The position numbers and the translations under genes are program-made. A stretch of 64,000 bases of DNA. It comes from an uncultured Gemmatimonadota bacterium. GTDB taxonomy: Bacteria > SM23-81 > DAOVCL01. The stretch lies in assembly GCA_964626665.1 (NCBI GenBank), contig CAZVGK010000018.1, positions 1-64,000 of the forward strand, written 5' to 3'. Below the pieces are notes generated by a model that had not been told where the DNA came from, ran no database searches, and saw only the letters and a list, made by a program, of their open reading frames with translations. This document shows positions 1 to 9,366 of the stretch, one piece after another; position 1 is the stretch's first letter, and each line of letters starts with the position of its first letter.

Positions 1-113
1 GGGTAACTACTTGATATACCATAATCTTTCAATTTTTTTTCCGGAACTGGGGTTAAATATTTGAGAGTTTTCCCAATCCCTTCAATCACCTGGACAATCA
101 CCGGGGTTTCATT

Positions 114-566
114 TCACTGATTACATAACCTCCTCGCTGCCTGATAGCCCAGCCAGCAGAAGTAGACCAACAGAATCCCCTGGAGCATCGGGAAGAAGAT
201 GTAATAAGGTGGGTCTTTGGGGATTCCCATAATAACGTGAAAGACAAGCGGTTGGAGGATGATCTCGATCCCCAGCCCAATCCCGATGATGTAGCCCCAG
301 CGAATGCGCAAGAGGCAGGTGACCAATGCCAGAACATAGGCAGCGGAGAGGGCCAGGACAGCAATGACCATTAGGTGAACCGTGGTTCCGGCCATCGCTC
401 TCGCGCCCGGTAGCTCTGCCACCAGCTTGTGGCCGAGCTGCACCAGGATTAGCGCTGCTGCCGCTTGAGCTTCAATCGGTAGTCCCTTTGATTTAACCAG
501 ATTTTTATCCGTGTCCATCCGCGCAATCCGTGTCATCTGTGTGTTATTCCTTCTTTTCTTTACCAA
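114..566 (-). CDS. Hypothetical membrane protein (about 4 TM helices); true start uncertain
   Basis: Hydrophobic segments in the ORF. The first ~25 codons are encoded by a 9-mer-type repeat (ACACAGATGACACGGAT...) and overlap a gene remnant, so the N-terminus is probably artefactual. Confidence 0.5.
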   Translation of the reverse strand: MVKKRRNNTQMTRIARMDTDKNLVKSKGLPIEAQAAAALILVQLGHKLVAELPGARAMAGTTVHLMVIAVLALSAAYVLALVTCLLRIRWGYIIGIGLGIEIILQPLVFHVIMGIPKDPPYYIFFPMLQGILLVYFCWLGYQAARRLCNQ

Positions 567-660
567 ACGGCTTCACCCATAAAATCAGTACCGGCGTGAC
601 CAGAAAATCGGCAAGGAGTGCCGCAAGAATGGCCACAATGATAGGGATTTGAAATTCATT
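544..660 (-). pseudogene. C-terminal remnant of an MMPL/RND-family transporter
   Basis: Manual translation NEFQIPIIVAILAALLADFLVTPVLILWVKPFGKEKKE* resembles the last TM helix of MMPL-type exporters. In-frame TGA at 673-675 and no start codon. Confidence 0.5.
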
Positions 661-796
661 TGTTTGATGAACTCAGTACAGAATTATCTGAGTACCAGGT
701 CGTTCCTATATCCGGAAGTATAAGCAGCCCCTCATGTTTTGGGGACGATTAACCGATCTCTCTGTCTCATGCAAGTTCTTACAGAAGAGCCTTTCT

Positions 797-3187
797 TTAT
801 TTATAAAGTCGCACTTTCAGCCCACCATACACAATACGACCGGAATAAGGTGCGTACATAAAAGCAGCATCATCAGGGTGCCTTTCCTTTTGGACATAGT
901 CAAAGAGATTTTTCGCACCCATAAAGATGGTAATCCCATTAGCAAAACTCCTGGCTATTTTTGCATTCACTACCCAGAAATCTGGAGTATGCACGATTCT
1001 GCTCTCTGGTTGTTCTATGTCCTCGTCCTTGGAATATTCAATATACGTCCTGCCTGTATGGTCAGCGGCTAAAGCCAAATCCCAGTTACCCTGAGTATAT
1101 GTCAGCTCGATGCCTCCAGTAATCTTTGGGACACGTGGAATATACTTGCTATCCTTGGCATACTCTGGATGATGTTCCACCCAATCCTGACGCTCATTTT
1201 TATATTGAGCATCTGTATAGGCCAAATTGAGGTCAAGAACAAGATTGCTCACCAGCAGTGTTCTGGCACCCAGTTCCGTTCCCTGGGTGTAAGCATCATC
1301 TATATTGGCCCACTCATAGGTATAGCCCAATCTTTTCGATGCTTCGCTGGCATCGGCGAAGCCGATCTTATCTTTCAGATTAGTGCGAAAAAGGTTGGCA
1401 CTAAGGGTAAACCTCTCGGCTGTATAATCTGCTCCCAGATTAAAGCTTACCGATTTTTCAGGTTCCAAACCTGTGGGTTTATTTACCCGGGGTGAGCCAC
1501 TGCAAAGATGCAAATCCTCGCTAAAGCCGTAAGGAACCCTGAAGCCGGTTCCCACACTGCTTCGCAAGGTAAACTGGGGAGATGGCTTGAACATTACCGC
1601 CAATCTGGGACTAAAGGCTTCTTCGTCATACTCAGCCTTAACCCTCTGTTTAGGAGCAACTTTACCGGAACCACCAAAATCATCTTTGGAGTGGTGAATA
1701 TCGTATCTGGCCCCCAGCACCACTTCCAGAATATCACTTATGGAAAGATCATTCTGAAAATAGAACCCGAGATCATCGGCATGTTTTTCGCTCTCCGAGG
1801 TGTATGCGCTGCCATATTCGGGATCTGTATCATCCACAATGACATATCTGCCCGTTTCCTCCAGCCGATTGTGGGAATACTGAACTCCTCCTAACAGACG
1901 ATGGATTCCGAGAGGATGGGAATAGTTAAAATCCGCCACATAGAGGTTTTCATCAGCAAGGTAAGGCTGCATCTCATCTATGGGAGGAATTTCTCCATGA
2001 ATAGCTTCATAGTCGCCTAAGAAGGCATCATTGGTGGCATTGCGATGATGAAAAGTATAGCCGAGGTTAAGGTTAATCCCATTCCCATAGCGAAACCATT
2101 TCTGGTATCCAATTCCCGCCTCATAACGAGTCGTCTTGATGTTTTCCGCACCGGCTGCAAAGGGATTTTCCCAGGTAGCTAACTCACCACCCTGTCGGGA
2201 TTCATTCAAGGTTCTGCCCGTAAAGGTAAGCTGACCATCTCCTAACACCTCGTACCAGTTTAACCTAACTCCTAACGATAGATTATCCGTCTTTACTCGG
2301 TCAGTGATACCATCACCGTTTTGATCAATTTCATCACCGGTGTTTTTCTGCGCAGTCACTATCAGATCCGCATTGCTAACTTTTCTGGAAGCAGCTATGG
2401 TATAATCATTGGTATTTGCTGTGCCAAAGCTGGAGCCTATCTCTATGAACGGTTCCGAGGTTGGCTCTTTAGTGATAATATTGATCACTCCAGCAATAGC
2501 CGAACTGCCATAGAGAGCAGAGCCAGCACCCTTGACAATTTCTATCCTCTCTATGTTTGCTGTGGGAATCTGCTGCAGACCATATACCCCTGCCAGACCT
2601 GAATAGATGGGTTGGCCGTCAATCAACACCTGGCTGTGGCCACTTTCCAACCCTTGCACCCTTACAATGGAGAAGTTGCAGTATGAACACTGTTGCTCTA
2701 CCCTTATTCCCGGCACTCCGGCCAGAGCCTCATAAAGAGTTGTTGCCTCTTTCTCCTCAATATGCTGGGAAGTGATAACCTCTGTGCGCACGGGGGCATC
2801 CTTTACATATTTTGGAGTTCGAGTGCCGGTGACAACGATAGTTCCCAGCTCGAGCACGCTTTCCCTTAACTCAAAATCAACAATCGCTGTAGCACCGGCA
2901 TGGACCTCTACCTTTTTTGCCCCCGATTTGTATCCCATCATGAAGACCACAAGTTTATACTCACCAGCCGGAACAGCAGTTACGACATACTTGCCCTTGG
3001 CATCAGCAGCTGCCCCTAAGGTGGTACCTTCAATGACGACATTTGCACCGACAAGAGGCGCTCTAGTCTCCGCATCCACCACTCTCCCCTCTATCCTACC
3101 ACTGACCTGGGCAAAAACCCCTATAGGGACCAAGGCAATCATCAAGACCGTTGCGACGATTGAACCTACGACTTTTCTTGTATCCAT
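797..3187 (-). CDS. TonB-dependent outer-membrane receptor (N-terminal carboxypeptidase-regulatory-like domain, plug, beta-barrel), probably metal uptake
   Basis: Signal peptide, GRVVDAETRAPLVGANV domain, IVVTGTRT, IERIEIVKGAGSALYGSSAIAGVINIITK plug motif, C-terminal beta strand; downstream of feoB. Alternative TTG start at 3193. Confidence 0.95.
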   Translation of the reverse strand: MDTRKVVGSIVATVLMIALVPIGVFAQVSGRIEGRVVDAETRAPLVGANVVIEGTTLGAAADAKGKYVVTAVPAGEYKLVVFMMGYKSGAKKVEVHAGATAIVDFELRESVLELGTIVVTGTRTPKYVKDAPVRTEVITSQHIEEKEATTLYEALAGVPGIRVEQQCSYCNFSIVRVQGLESGHSQVLIDGQPIYSGLAGVYGLQQIPTANIERIEIVKGAGSALYGSSAIAGVINIITKEPTSEPFIEIGSSFGTANTNDYTIAASRKVSNADLIVTAQKNTGDEIDQNGDGITDRVKTDNLSLGVRLNWYEVLGDGQLTFTGRTLNESRQGGELATWENPFAAGAENIKTTRYEAGIGYQKWFRYGNGINLNLGYTFHHRNATNDAFLGDYEAIHGEIPPIDEMQPYLADENLYVADFNYSHPLGIHRLLGGVQYSHNRLEETGRYVIVDDTDPEYGSAYTSESEKHADDLGFYFQNDLSISDILEVVLGARYDIHHSKDDFGGSGKVAPKQRVKAEYDEEAFSPRLAVMFKPSPQFTLRSSVGTGFRVPYGFSEDLHLCSGSPRVNKPTGLEPEKSVSFNLGADYTAERFTLSANLFRTNLKDKIGFADASEASKRLGYTYEWANIDDAYTQGTELGARTLLVSNLVLDLNLAYTDAQYKNERQDWVEHHPEYAKDSKYIPRVPKITGGIELTYTQGNWDLALAADHTGRTYIEYSKDEDIEQPESRIVHTPDFWVVNAKIARSFANGITIFMGAKNLFDYVQKERHPDDAAFMYAPYSGRIVYGGLKVRLYK

Positions 3188-3303
3188 TGTCAAACCCCCT
3201 TGATTAGAAAAACGTTAATAGAAAATCATCAACCCTTAGGATCATTGGACACAGATTTTCGCCGATACCCGCAGAAAATTAAAATCTTGACAATCTGCGT
3301 TCA

Positions 3304-3370
3304 CCCCGTTAGATAAGATGCTAAAACTCATTAAATTTGATAAAAGACCTAATCTAATTATCTAACGGGG
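3304..3370. mobile_element. 67-bp miniature inverted-repeat element (CCCCGTTAGA...TCTAACGGGG)
   Basis: Perfect 13-bp TIR CCCCGTTAGATAA/TTATCTAACGGGG, with TTCA direct repeat on both flanks (3300-3303, 3371-3374). Confidence 0.8.
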
Positions 3371-3489
3371 TTCATCTGCGTCCAAAAAAAATTTGCTACG
3401 CTATCAGGATAAGCTAAACATCTTGCACCTCCTTTGTTTTTGGCAAGTTCAACACTCCCTTTCATTTAGAACATATCTCCCTTCTTTGG

Positions 3490-3520
3490 TTGGTTAGCCT
3501 ATCTTTGATAGGCAAACCTA
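3490..3520. promoter_or_regulatory. Putative DtxR/MntR-type operator(s) upstream of the TonB-dependent receptor
   Basis: GGTTAGCCTATC-TTT-GATAGGCAAACC inverted repeat; both halves resemble the DtxR box core TAGGTTAGCCTA. Could also act as an RNA hairpin. Confidence 0.5.
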
Positions 3521-3548
3521 CATTTAGGGTGAAAAAATATATTTCTAT

Positions 3549-5270
3549 CTACAGGATTAGGTTAAGTAATCCTCCCACGAGAAGTGCGGAGATTATCATA
3601 ATAATTGCTGATTTAAGCATATCTTTTATTCCCAGCTCCTTTACCAACACGGCAAATGTGGCCACACAGGGAAAATACATCGCTAAAACAACACAGGAAA
3701 CCACAAGTTGTTTAAGGCTTAAGCCAAGTGGGGCAAGCATACCAACGGCCACATCCTTTCTCAAAAAACCAACAACTAACGCCCCAACTGCCTCCATAGG
3801 AAGGCCTAACACCCTGGTAACCAGGGGAGCAGCAATTCTGCCTAAAAAATCTATAATTTTCAACGAATAAAGGATGTTCACAACAAACACCCCCAGAAGG
3901 ACATAAGGTAGGGCCTCTCTGAGAAACCCTTTAACCCGCATCCACAGTTTTTTGGTCAGCGCGGGGAAATAAGGGATACGATAGGGTGGTATCTCTGCAA
4001 ATATCTCCGGGCTCTCCCCTTTTAAGAGCAAATTCATCAGACCACCCATTACAAACCAGACAACAAAAAGTGTGCCAAATACTAAACCCATCCCTTTTGC
4101 TCCATATTTGCCAATTAACCCCACAATCATGGCAATCTGGGCCATGCAGGGAACCGCAATTGCCATAAGTGTTGCGCCAATGAACCTCTCCCTTCTTGTC
4201 TCCAAGACTCTGGTGGCCAATGCCCCCGGGACATTGCAGCCAAGACCTAACATCATTGGGATTATTGCCATACCGTGAAGTCCTAACTGGTGCATTATTT
4301 TGTCAACGAGCACAGAGAGTCTGGGGAGATAACCTGAATCCTCCAAAAAACTTAAGGCTAAATAAAAGGCAAATATGTAGGGAAGCACCGCACCAATGGG
4401 AATATAGATTCCCGTGGTCAGGATACCGAATGACTGGAAAAAATCTATCTTCCCATCAATAAGTTGCCCAATTAATATCTCATGGAAAAAACCTCCTCCC
4501 CCCAGAAGGAGGGAAAACTTTGTCATTACAGGCATCCATAACCGATCAAACAGAGGGTTAAACAGATAGCCAATAAGCCCTTCTCCAATGAATCTGATTA
4601 TCTTAAAGGTCACCAGGATGACCAAGAGGGCGATGGGGATTCCCGTAAGAGGTGTAACTGAGGCGTCTGCCAATCTCTCTAAAAAAGTGTGATGCTTGTG
4701 GCCTATCCTTTGGGTTTCTTCCACAATTTTTCCCACCTCGTGCCACCTCTCTTCATCCTCATACTCATAGGTTCCTTTTTTTGCTTCATTTAGTCTATCC
4801 ACCAATCTCTTTATACCCTCGCCGGTAACTGCCACCGTAGGAACAACGGGAACGCCAAGCATCTCTTCAAGTTTCTCCACATCTATGGAAATCCCCGTAT
4901 GCTTTGTCTCATCCCAGAGATTTAAGGCGATAACAAGCGGGATGTCCCGTTTGAGCAACTGTAGGGTTAGATTCAGGTTTCTCTCCAGATTAGTAGCATC
5001 AACGATGTCAATGACAAGTGTTCCCTCTTCTTTGCAAGCCTCTTCAAGCATTTCTACGGCGACCTCTTCTGCCCTGGAAGTGGGATCGAGTGTATAAGTT
5101 CCAGGCACATCGATAACTTCTAACCTCTCACCCCCAAGTCTCATATAACCCTTCCTGAATTCGACCGTTGTGCCCGGATAATTGGAGGTAATCACATTCA
5201 CCCCGGTGAGACGGGTGAAGACGACACTCTTCCCCACATTGGGGTCCCCCATTAAAAGAATTCTCTTCAT
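3549..5270 (-). CDS. feoB: Ferrous iron transporter B
   Basis: GDPNVGKS, NYPGTTVE, DVPG, NLWD G-motifs; LEDSGYLPR, GLGCNVP, YFPCVAT membrane motifs. Confidence 0.96.
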   Translation of the reverse strand: MKRILLMGDPNVGKSVVFTRLTGVNVITSNYPGTTVEFRKGYMRLGGERLEVIDVPGTYTLDPTSRAEEVAVEMLEEACKEEGTLVIDIVDATNLERNLNLTLQLLKRDIPLVIALNLWDETKHTGISIDVEKLEEMLGVPVVPTVAVTGEGIKRLVDRLNEAKKGTYEYEDEERWHEVGKIVEETQRIGHKHHTFLERLADASVTPLTGIPIALLVILVTFKIIRFIGEGLIGYLFNPLFDRLWMPVMTKFSLLLGGGGFFHEILIGQLIDGKIDFFQSFGILTTGIYIPIGAVLPYIFAFYLALSFLEDSGYLPRLSVLVDKIMHQLGLHGMAIIPMMLGLGCNVPGALATRVLETRRERFIGATLMAIAVPCMAQIAMIVGLIGKYGAKGMGLVFGTLFVVWFVMGGLMNLLLKGESPEIFAEIPPYRIPYFPALTKKLWMRVKGFLREALPYVLLGVFVVNILYSLKIIDFLGRIAAPLVTRVLGLPMEAVGALVVGFLRKDVAVGMLAPLGLSLKQLVVSCVVLAMYFPCVATFAVLVKELGIKDMLKSAIIMIISALLVGGLLNLIL

Positions 5271-5494
5271 TTTAACTCCACAAAGACTCTCTTGGCCATC
5301 CCATAACCTATAGCAACCTCGGTATTCCCCGCCTTTAGGGTAATAGGACCCCTCATTATTTGGGCACTCGCCTTGGTGACTTCTACCCCCTTCCTTATTC
5401 CAAGAGTTTCTAATCTCCTCAATAGCCCAAGCCCACCCTCAATCTTCACCACTTTCCCCCTCTCCCCTCTTTTCATCTGCGTCAGATCCGTCAT
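5267..5494 (-). CDS. feoA: FeoA (SH3-like) protein
   Basis: MTDLTQMKRGERGKVVKI...RLETLGIRKG...GPI...VAIGYGMA. Start moved to the ATG at 5494, which follows AGGAG. Confidence 0.93.
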   Translation of the reverse strand: MTDLTQMKRGERGKVVKIEGGLGLLRRLETLGIRKGVEVTKASAQIMRGPITLKAGNTEVAIGYGMAKRVFVELK

Positions 5495-5510
5495 CTTGCA
5501 CTCCTTAAAT

Positions 5511-5978
5511 TTACCTTCTTCCTTTTGGACAGGGTTCTGGCCGTTTATTATGTTCGGCAAAGTATTTAAAACTGGAAAGCCAAGAGGGAAACCCTTCAGG
5601 ACAGGTCTCAATGAACTCTATGAACTTGTTGATTCTCTCTAAGGACTTCCGGTGAATGAAGTGTTCGATCTTACAGGCATCCTCTGTTGCCGCTTTTAGA
5701 TCAATGCCCAATATGCCGTGAAAGAACTTAACCAGGGTCTTGTGTTTCCCATAGACCTCATTGGCCACTCTCCTCCCTTGAGGGGTAAGTTCCACATAAC
5801 CGTATCTCTCATGCACAACCAACCCCTTCTCGGATAAAACCTTCAGGGCCCCTATTACCGAAGCGGTCCTCACATTGAGAAACTGGGCAATGTTTCTCAC
5901 TCGGGCCACTTTCTCTTTCAAGACTATTATTAGAATGGCCTCTAAGTAGTCCTCAAGGCTGGGCGTTAAGCTGATCAT
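5511..5978 (-). CDS. DtxR/MntR-family metal-dependent transcriptional repressor
   Basis: SLEDYLEAI, HTH, ACKIEH metal-binding motif; first gene of the feo unit. Confidence 0.95.
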   Translation of the reverse strand: MISLTPSLEDYLEAILIIVLKEKVARVRNIAQFLNVRTASVIGALKVLSEKGLVVHERYGYVELTPQGRRVANEVYGKHKTLVKFFHGILGIDLKAATEDACKIEHFIHRKSLERINKFIEFIETCPEGFPSWLSSFKYFAEHNKRPEPCPKGRR

Positions 5979-6006
5979 CTTCTCTCTCTGGGTTTAAAAA
6001 GCTCAA

Positions 6007-6052
6007 AAAGTTAGGAAAACCTAAATATAATAGCCTGACCTACAATTGTCAA
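6007..6052 (-). promoter_or_regulatory. sigma70 promoter of the dtxR-feoAB unit overlapped by DtxR-like boxes
   Basis: Minus strand TTGACA(6052-6047)-17 nt-TATATT(6029-6024), followed by TTAGGTTTTCCTAAC. A second TAGGTCAGGCTA lies in the spacer. Confidence 0.7.
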
Positions 6053-6215
6053 GAAAAAAATAGGGGCCTAAGAAAAAATTTTTGCGAGCCAAGTAACTAG
6101 GCCGAATTATTCACAAAAAATCTGCACAGTAGCTGCAAATTACCCATAGCTGAGCAGTCAAATCCCCTGATCTGCCTAAAACAGGGGTTCTGCCCCCTCG
6201 TCTTTTAGAAGCAGA

Positions 6216-6818
6216 TTAAGCCTCTTTCTCCAAATCCTGGGCCAATTCCCGTCCAGCCTGGAAGGCCTTTAGGTTTACCTCCAAGGCCCTTTTGGGCACC
6301 CTCCCCTGAATGGCCTCCCTCCAGGATTTTAGGGAAAGGGAAAGATAGGAGGAGAGGGAACCGAGCAGGGCTATATTAACCGTGCGCAGTTCGCCTACTT
6401 TGCGAGCTATCTGCAAACCATCGAAGAAGAACGCCTTCCCTCGGGAGTTGACCCTCTCCCTTATATCCTCTGGATAGGATTCTCCTTTGGCAGAGAGGGA
6501 TAAGGGGACAACCCTCTGTAGGTTGACCAGGCTAAGACCGCCTTTTTTTAGAAAACGCATCCAGCGCAGGGTCTCTAACTCCTCAAAGCTGAGCAGGAAA
6601 TCAACCTCCCCCTCTGGAATAAGGGGGGAAAAGACCTGTTCACCAAACCTGATGTGGCTGACCACACTGCCCCCTCTCTGGGCCATCCCATGCACCTCGC
6701 TTTTCTTCACATCCCAACCATCTCCTATGGCGGCCAAGGCCAAGACCTCACTGGCCAAGAGGATTCCCTGTCCACCCACTCCACAGATGAGGATGTTTGT
6801 CGGGCTATTCCTCTTCAA
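6216..6818 (-). CDS. iorB: Indolepyruvate:ferredoxin oxidoreductase beta subunit
   Basis: GVGGQG, SEVHGMAQRGGSVVSHIRFG, NLKAF motifs; adjacent to iorA. Confidence 0.95.
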   Translation of the reverse strand: MKRNSPTNILICGVGGQGILLASEVLALAAIGDGWDVKKSEVHGMAQRGGSVVSHIRFGEQVFSPLIPEGEVDFLLSFEELETLRWMRFLKKGGLSLVNLQRVVPLSLSAKGESYPEDIRERVNSRGKAFFFDGLQIARKVGELRTVNIALLGSLSSYLSLSLKSWREAIQGRVPKRALEVNLKAFQAGRELAQDLEKEA

Positions 6819-8541
6819 TTGCCCCTACCGTACAGACCTGTTGGCACATATCACAGCCCGGCATACAGAGGAAGGGATCGATGACTGCCTTCCCCTCCTG
6901 ATGGTAGATAGCCGGACATCCCAATTCTAAGCAGAGGCCACAATCTATGCATTTTTCCGGATTTACCTTATGGATCTTGCCCTCCCGCTTGACCTTGAGG
7001 GCACAGAGCCTGCGGAAGATGATCACCGATGGTTCAGGGACCTCCGTCTCCTCCTTGAGGGCCTCTTTGACCGCAGCGAGGTCATAGGGATCCACCACCC
7101 TTACCCTTTCAATCCCCGCCGCCTGGACCAATTTGACATAGTCAAGCCTCCTTGTCGGTTCTCCTCTGAGGGTCTTCCCCGTTCCCGGATGGTCCTGGTG
7201 GCCGGTCATCGCCGTGGATTCGTTATCTAAGATGCAAAGAGTTATTTCCCCTTTGTTGTAGGCCAAATCGATGAGGCCGGTAATCCCCGAATGGATAAAA
7301 GTGGAATCCCCGATGGTGGCGATAATCTTAGATTTAGCCCTTCCCTGGAGGGCCTTCTCCATCCCTAAAGCATTTCCCACACTGGCCCCCATACAGACAC
7401 AGGTATCAACGGCGGAGAGGGGTGGCAAAACAGCCAGCGTATAGCAACCAATATCCCCGGTGGCGATCAGCCCTAACTTTTTCACTCCATAATAGAACCC
7501 CCGATGGGGGCATCCCGGGCAAAGGGCAGGGGGCCGGGGGGGAAGATCTTCGTGCTCAGAGGGAGAGGTCTCCTCCCCACCAAAGGCTTTCCTAAGCAGT
7601 TCTGGATTTAGTTCCCCACAGGTAGGCACTCTCTCCTTTCCCATTATCTTGATGCCCAGTATTTTCACTCCCTCTTCTATGAAGGGGTCATTCTCCTCCA
7701 CAACCCAGAGTCTATCTACTAGCTGGGAAAACTTGGTGATGAGCTTTTTAGGGAGGGGATGGCTCATCCCCAGCTTAAGAAATGATGCCTGAGGGAATAC
7801 CTCCCTGGCATATTGGTAGGAAACGCCACTGGCGATGATCCCCAGGGATGTATCATCTCCTAACTCGATCCTGTTTACCTCCATCCCCTCACTAAAAGTC
7901 TCCAACCTCTTCAGTCTTTCCTCAACCTGAATATGCAACAGCCGGGCATGGGCAGGGATCACCACCCACTTTTTTATATCCTTGATGTAAGGCTTGTCCT
8001 CAACCTTGCCCCTTTTACCCGGTTTGACCAGGGATTTGGAATGGGAGAGGCGGGTGGTGGAACGGAGGAGAACTGGGGTATCAAACTTCTCGGATATACT
8101 AAAAGCCAGACCGACAAAATCCTTTGCCTCCTGACTATCTGCCGGTTCTAAACAGGGGATCTTGGCGAACTTGGCATAGTTCCTGTTGTCCTGTTCGTTC
8201 TGGGAGCTGTGCATTCCCGGGTCATCCGCGGAGATAATTACAAACCCTCCATTCACCCCCGTATAGGAGGAGGTAAACAAGGGATCAGCGGCCACATTTA
8301 GCCCCACATGCTTCATTGCCACTAAGGAACGCACCCCACCCAGGGAGGCTCCCATAGCCACCTCAAAGGCCACCTTTTCGTTGGGGGACCACTGTGCCTT
8401 TATCTCCGGATAACGGGAGCCAATCTCCTCCAAGATCTCTGTGCTCGGGGTTCCTGGATAGGCAGCGGCAAACTTCGCCCCAGCCTCCCATGCTCCCCGA
8501 GCCAGGGCCTGATTCCCGGAGAGGAAAAGGTTATCGCTCAT
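6805..8541 (-). CDS. iorA: Indolepyruvate:ferredoxin oxidoreductase alpha subunit
   Basis: YPGTPSTE, MKHVGLNVAAD, SSQNEQD, CPGCPH, GDIGCY, GDST TPP motif, C-terminal 2x[4Fe-4S] Cys motifs. Confidence 0.96.
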   Translation of the reverse strand: MSDNLFLSGNQALARGAWEAGAKFAAAYPGTPSTEILEEIGSRYPEIKAQWSPNEKVAFEVAMGASLGGVRSLVAMKHVGLNVAADPLFTSSYTGVNGGFVIISADDPGMHSSQNEQDNRNYAKFAKIPCLEPADSQEAKDFVGLAFSISEKFDTPVLLRSTTRLSHSKSLVKPGKRGKVEDKPYIKDIKKWVVIPAHARLLHIQVEERLKRLETFSEGMEVNRIELGDDTSLGIIASGVSYQYAREVFPQASFLKLGMSHPLPKKLITKFSQLVDRLWVVEENDPFIEEGVKILGIKIMGKERVPTCGELNPELLRKAFGGEETSPSEHEDLPPRPPALCPGCPHRGFYYGVKKLGLIATGDIGCYTLAVLPPLSAVDTCVCMGASVGNALGMEKALQGRAKSKIIATIGDSTFIHSGITGLIDLAYNKGEITLCILDNESTAMTGHQDHPGTGKTLRGEPTRRLDYVKLVQAAGIERVRVVDPYDLAAVKEALKEETEVPEPSVIIFRRLCALKVKREGKIHKVNPEKCIDCGLCLELGCPAIYHQEGKAVIDPFLCMPGCDMCQQVCTVGAIEEE

Positions 8542-9011
8542 CTCTTAAAGCTCCGCGTCACCTTCCTCAGGGCGCGCAGGCTCCTCTCATCCAACACCTC
8601 TCTGAGGGTGTTCCCTGAACTGCTCTGCCCACCTTTCTTCTCCTTAACTCCCTCTATCAAGTGGGAGCCTGGCAATCCCTTAGCCCCCAATTTACGGGCC
8701 TCGGCAAGCAAATCCCTATCCCAGGAGGCCACGGCCACCTTCTTCACATTCACACTCCTCCCCACCAAACCCAGGATAAAAGAATTTACCTTCTCCCCCT
8801 TTTTGGTGAATGTCGCCCGCACCCCCTCCCTGCGGGGCAGCCTATTTAGACCCTCCTTGGAGTTGAAAACTACTACCAGCTTACAGCCCTTTGCCTTAGA
8901 ATAGTCCGCCAGCACCCGGAAGAGGTGGGCCTTGGCTGACTTGGGGTTCTTGGGTGGGCGAGATAAGTGGGAAAGCATTGTTTGGCCATCTACAATAACT
9001 GTCTCTTGCAT
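8538..9011 (-). CDS. YacP-like NYN-domain protein (degenerate motifs)
   Basis: VIVDG at the N-terminus, LVVVF, VAVASWDRDL...ARKLGA pattern of YacP/NYN proteins. Confidence 0.55.
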   Translation of the reverse strand: MQETVIVDGQTMLSHLSRPPKNPKSAKAHLFRVLADYSKAKGCKLVVVFNSKEGLNRLPRREGVRATFTKKGEKVNSFILGLVGRSVNVKKVAVASWDRDLLAEARKLGAKGLPGSHLIEGVKEKKGGQSSSGNTLREVLDERSLRALRKVTRSFKR

Positions 9012-9029
9012 CTAATCTCCTTCCTTGTA

Positions 9030-9350
9030 ACAGCAGTCAGGATTAGAAGTCAGTATTCAGCATTTAGCAGGCAGATAGCTTCCAGTTTTCGGTTGTCAGG
9101 ATTTTCCCCTGAACCCTGGAAACTAATCCCTGTTCTTTGTTCCTGACTCCTGTTCCCTGCAAAGCATTACCCTTCAGGCGAGGTGGCAGAACCCCAATTC
9201 TGCCACCTTTCCCGTGCCATCAGGTAAGGGCACTTGATGGTTGGCCGATAGCGGTCAGATGAGGGCATCTAACCGCTCAATTATAGGAGCTGTCAGGAGG
9301 TAACTCCTGACAGCACACTTTTATTTTCCGTGTAAGTCCGTGGTAGGTCT
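9030..9350. repeat. Intergenic cluster of hairpin modules and heptamer repeats
   Basis: GGTGGCAGAA..TTCTGCCACC (9182-9207), GCGGTCAGATG..CATCTAACCGC (~9251-9276), GCTGTCAGGAG-GTAA-CTCCTGACAGC (9289-9314). Confidence 0.85.
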
Positions 9351-9366
9351 TCTTCTGTTCTACCGC

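Noticed and set aside
3404-3484. Leader peptides upstream of the TonB receptor (MF*, MFSLS* after strong RBS-like sequences)
   Set aside because: Too short to support; they could be remnants of a deleted gene or chance.
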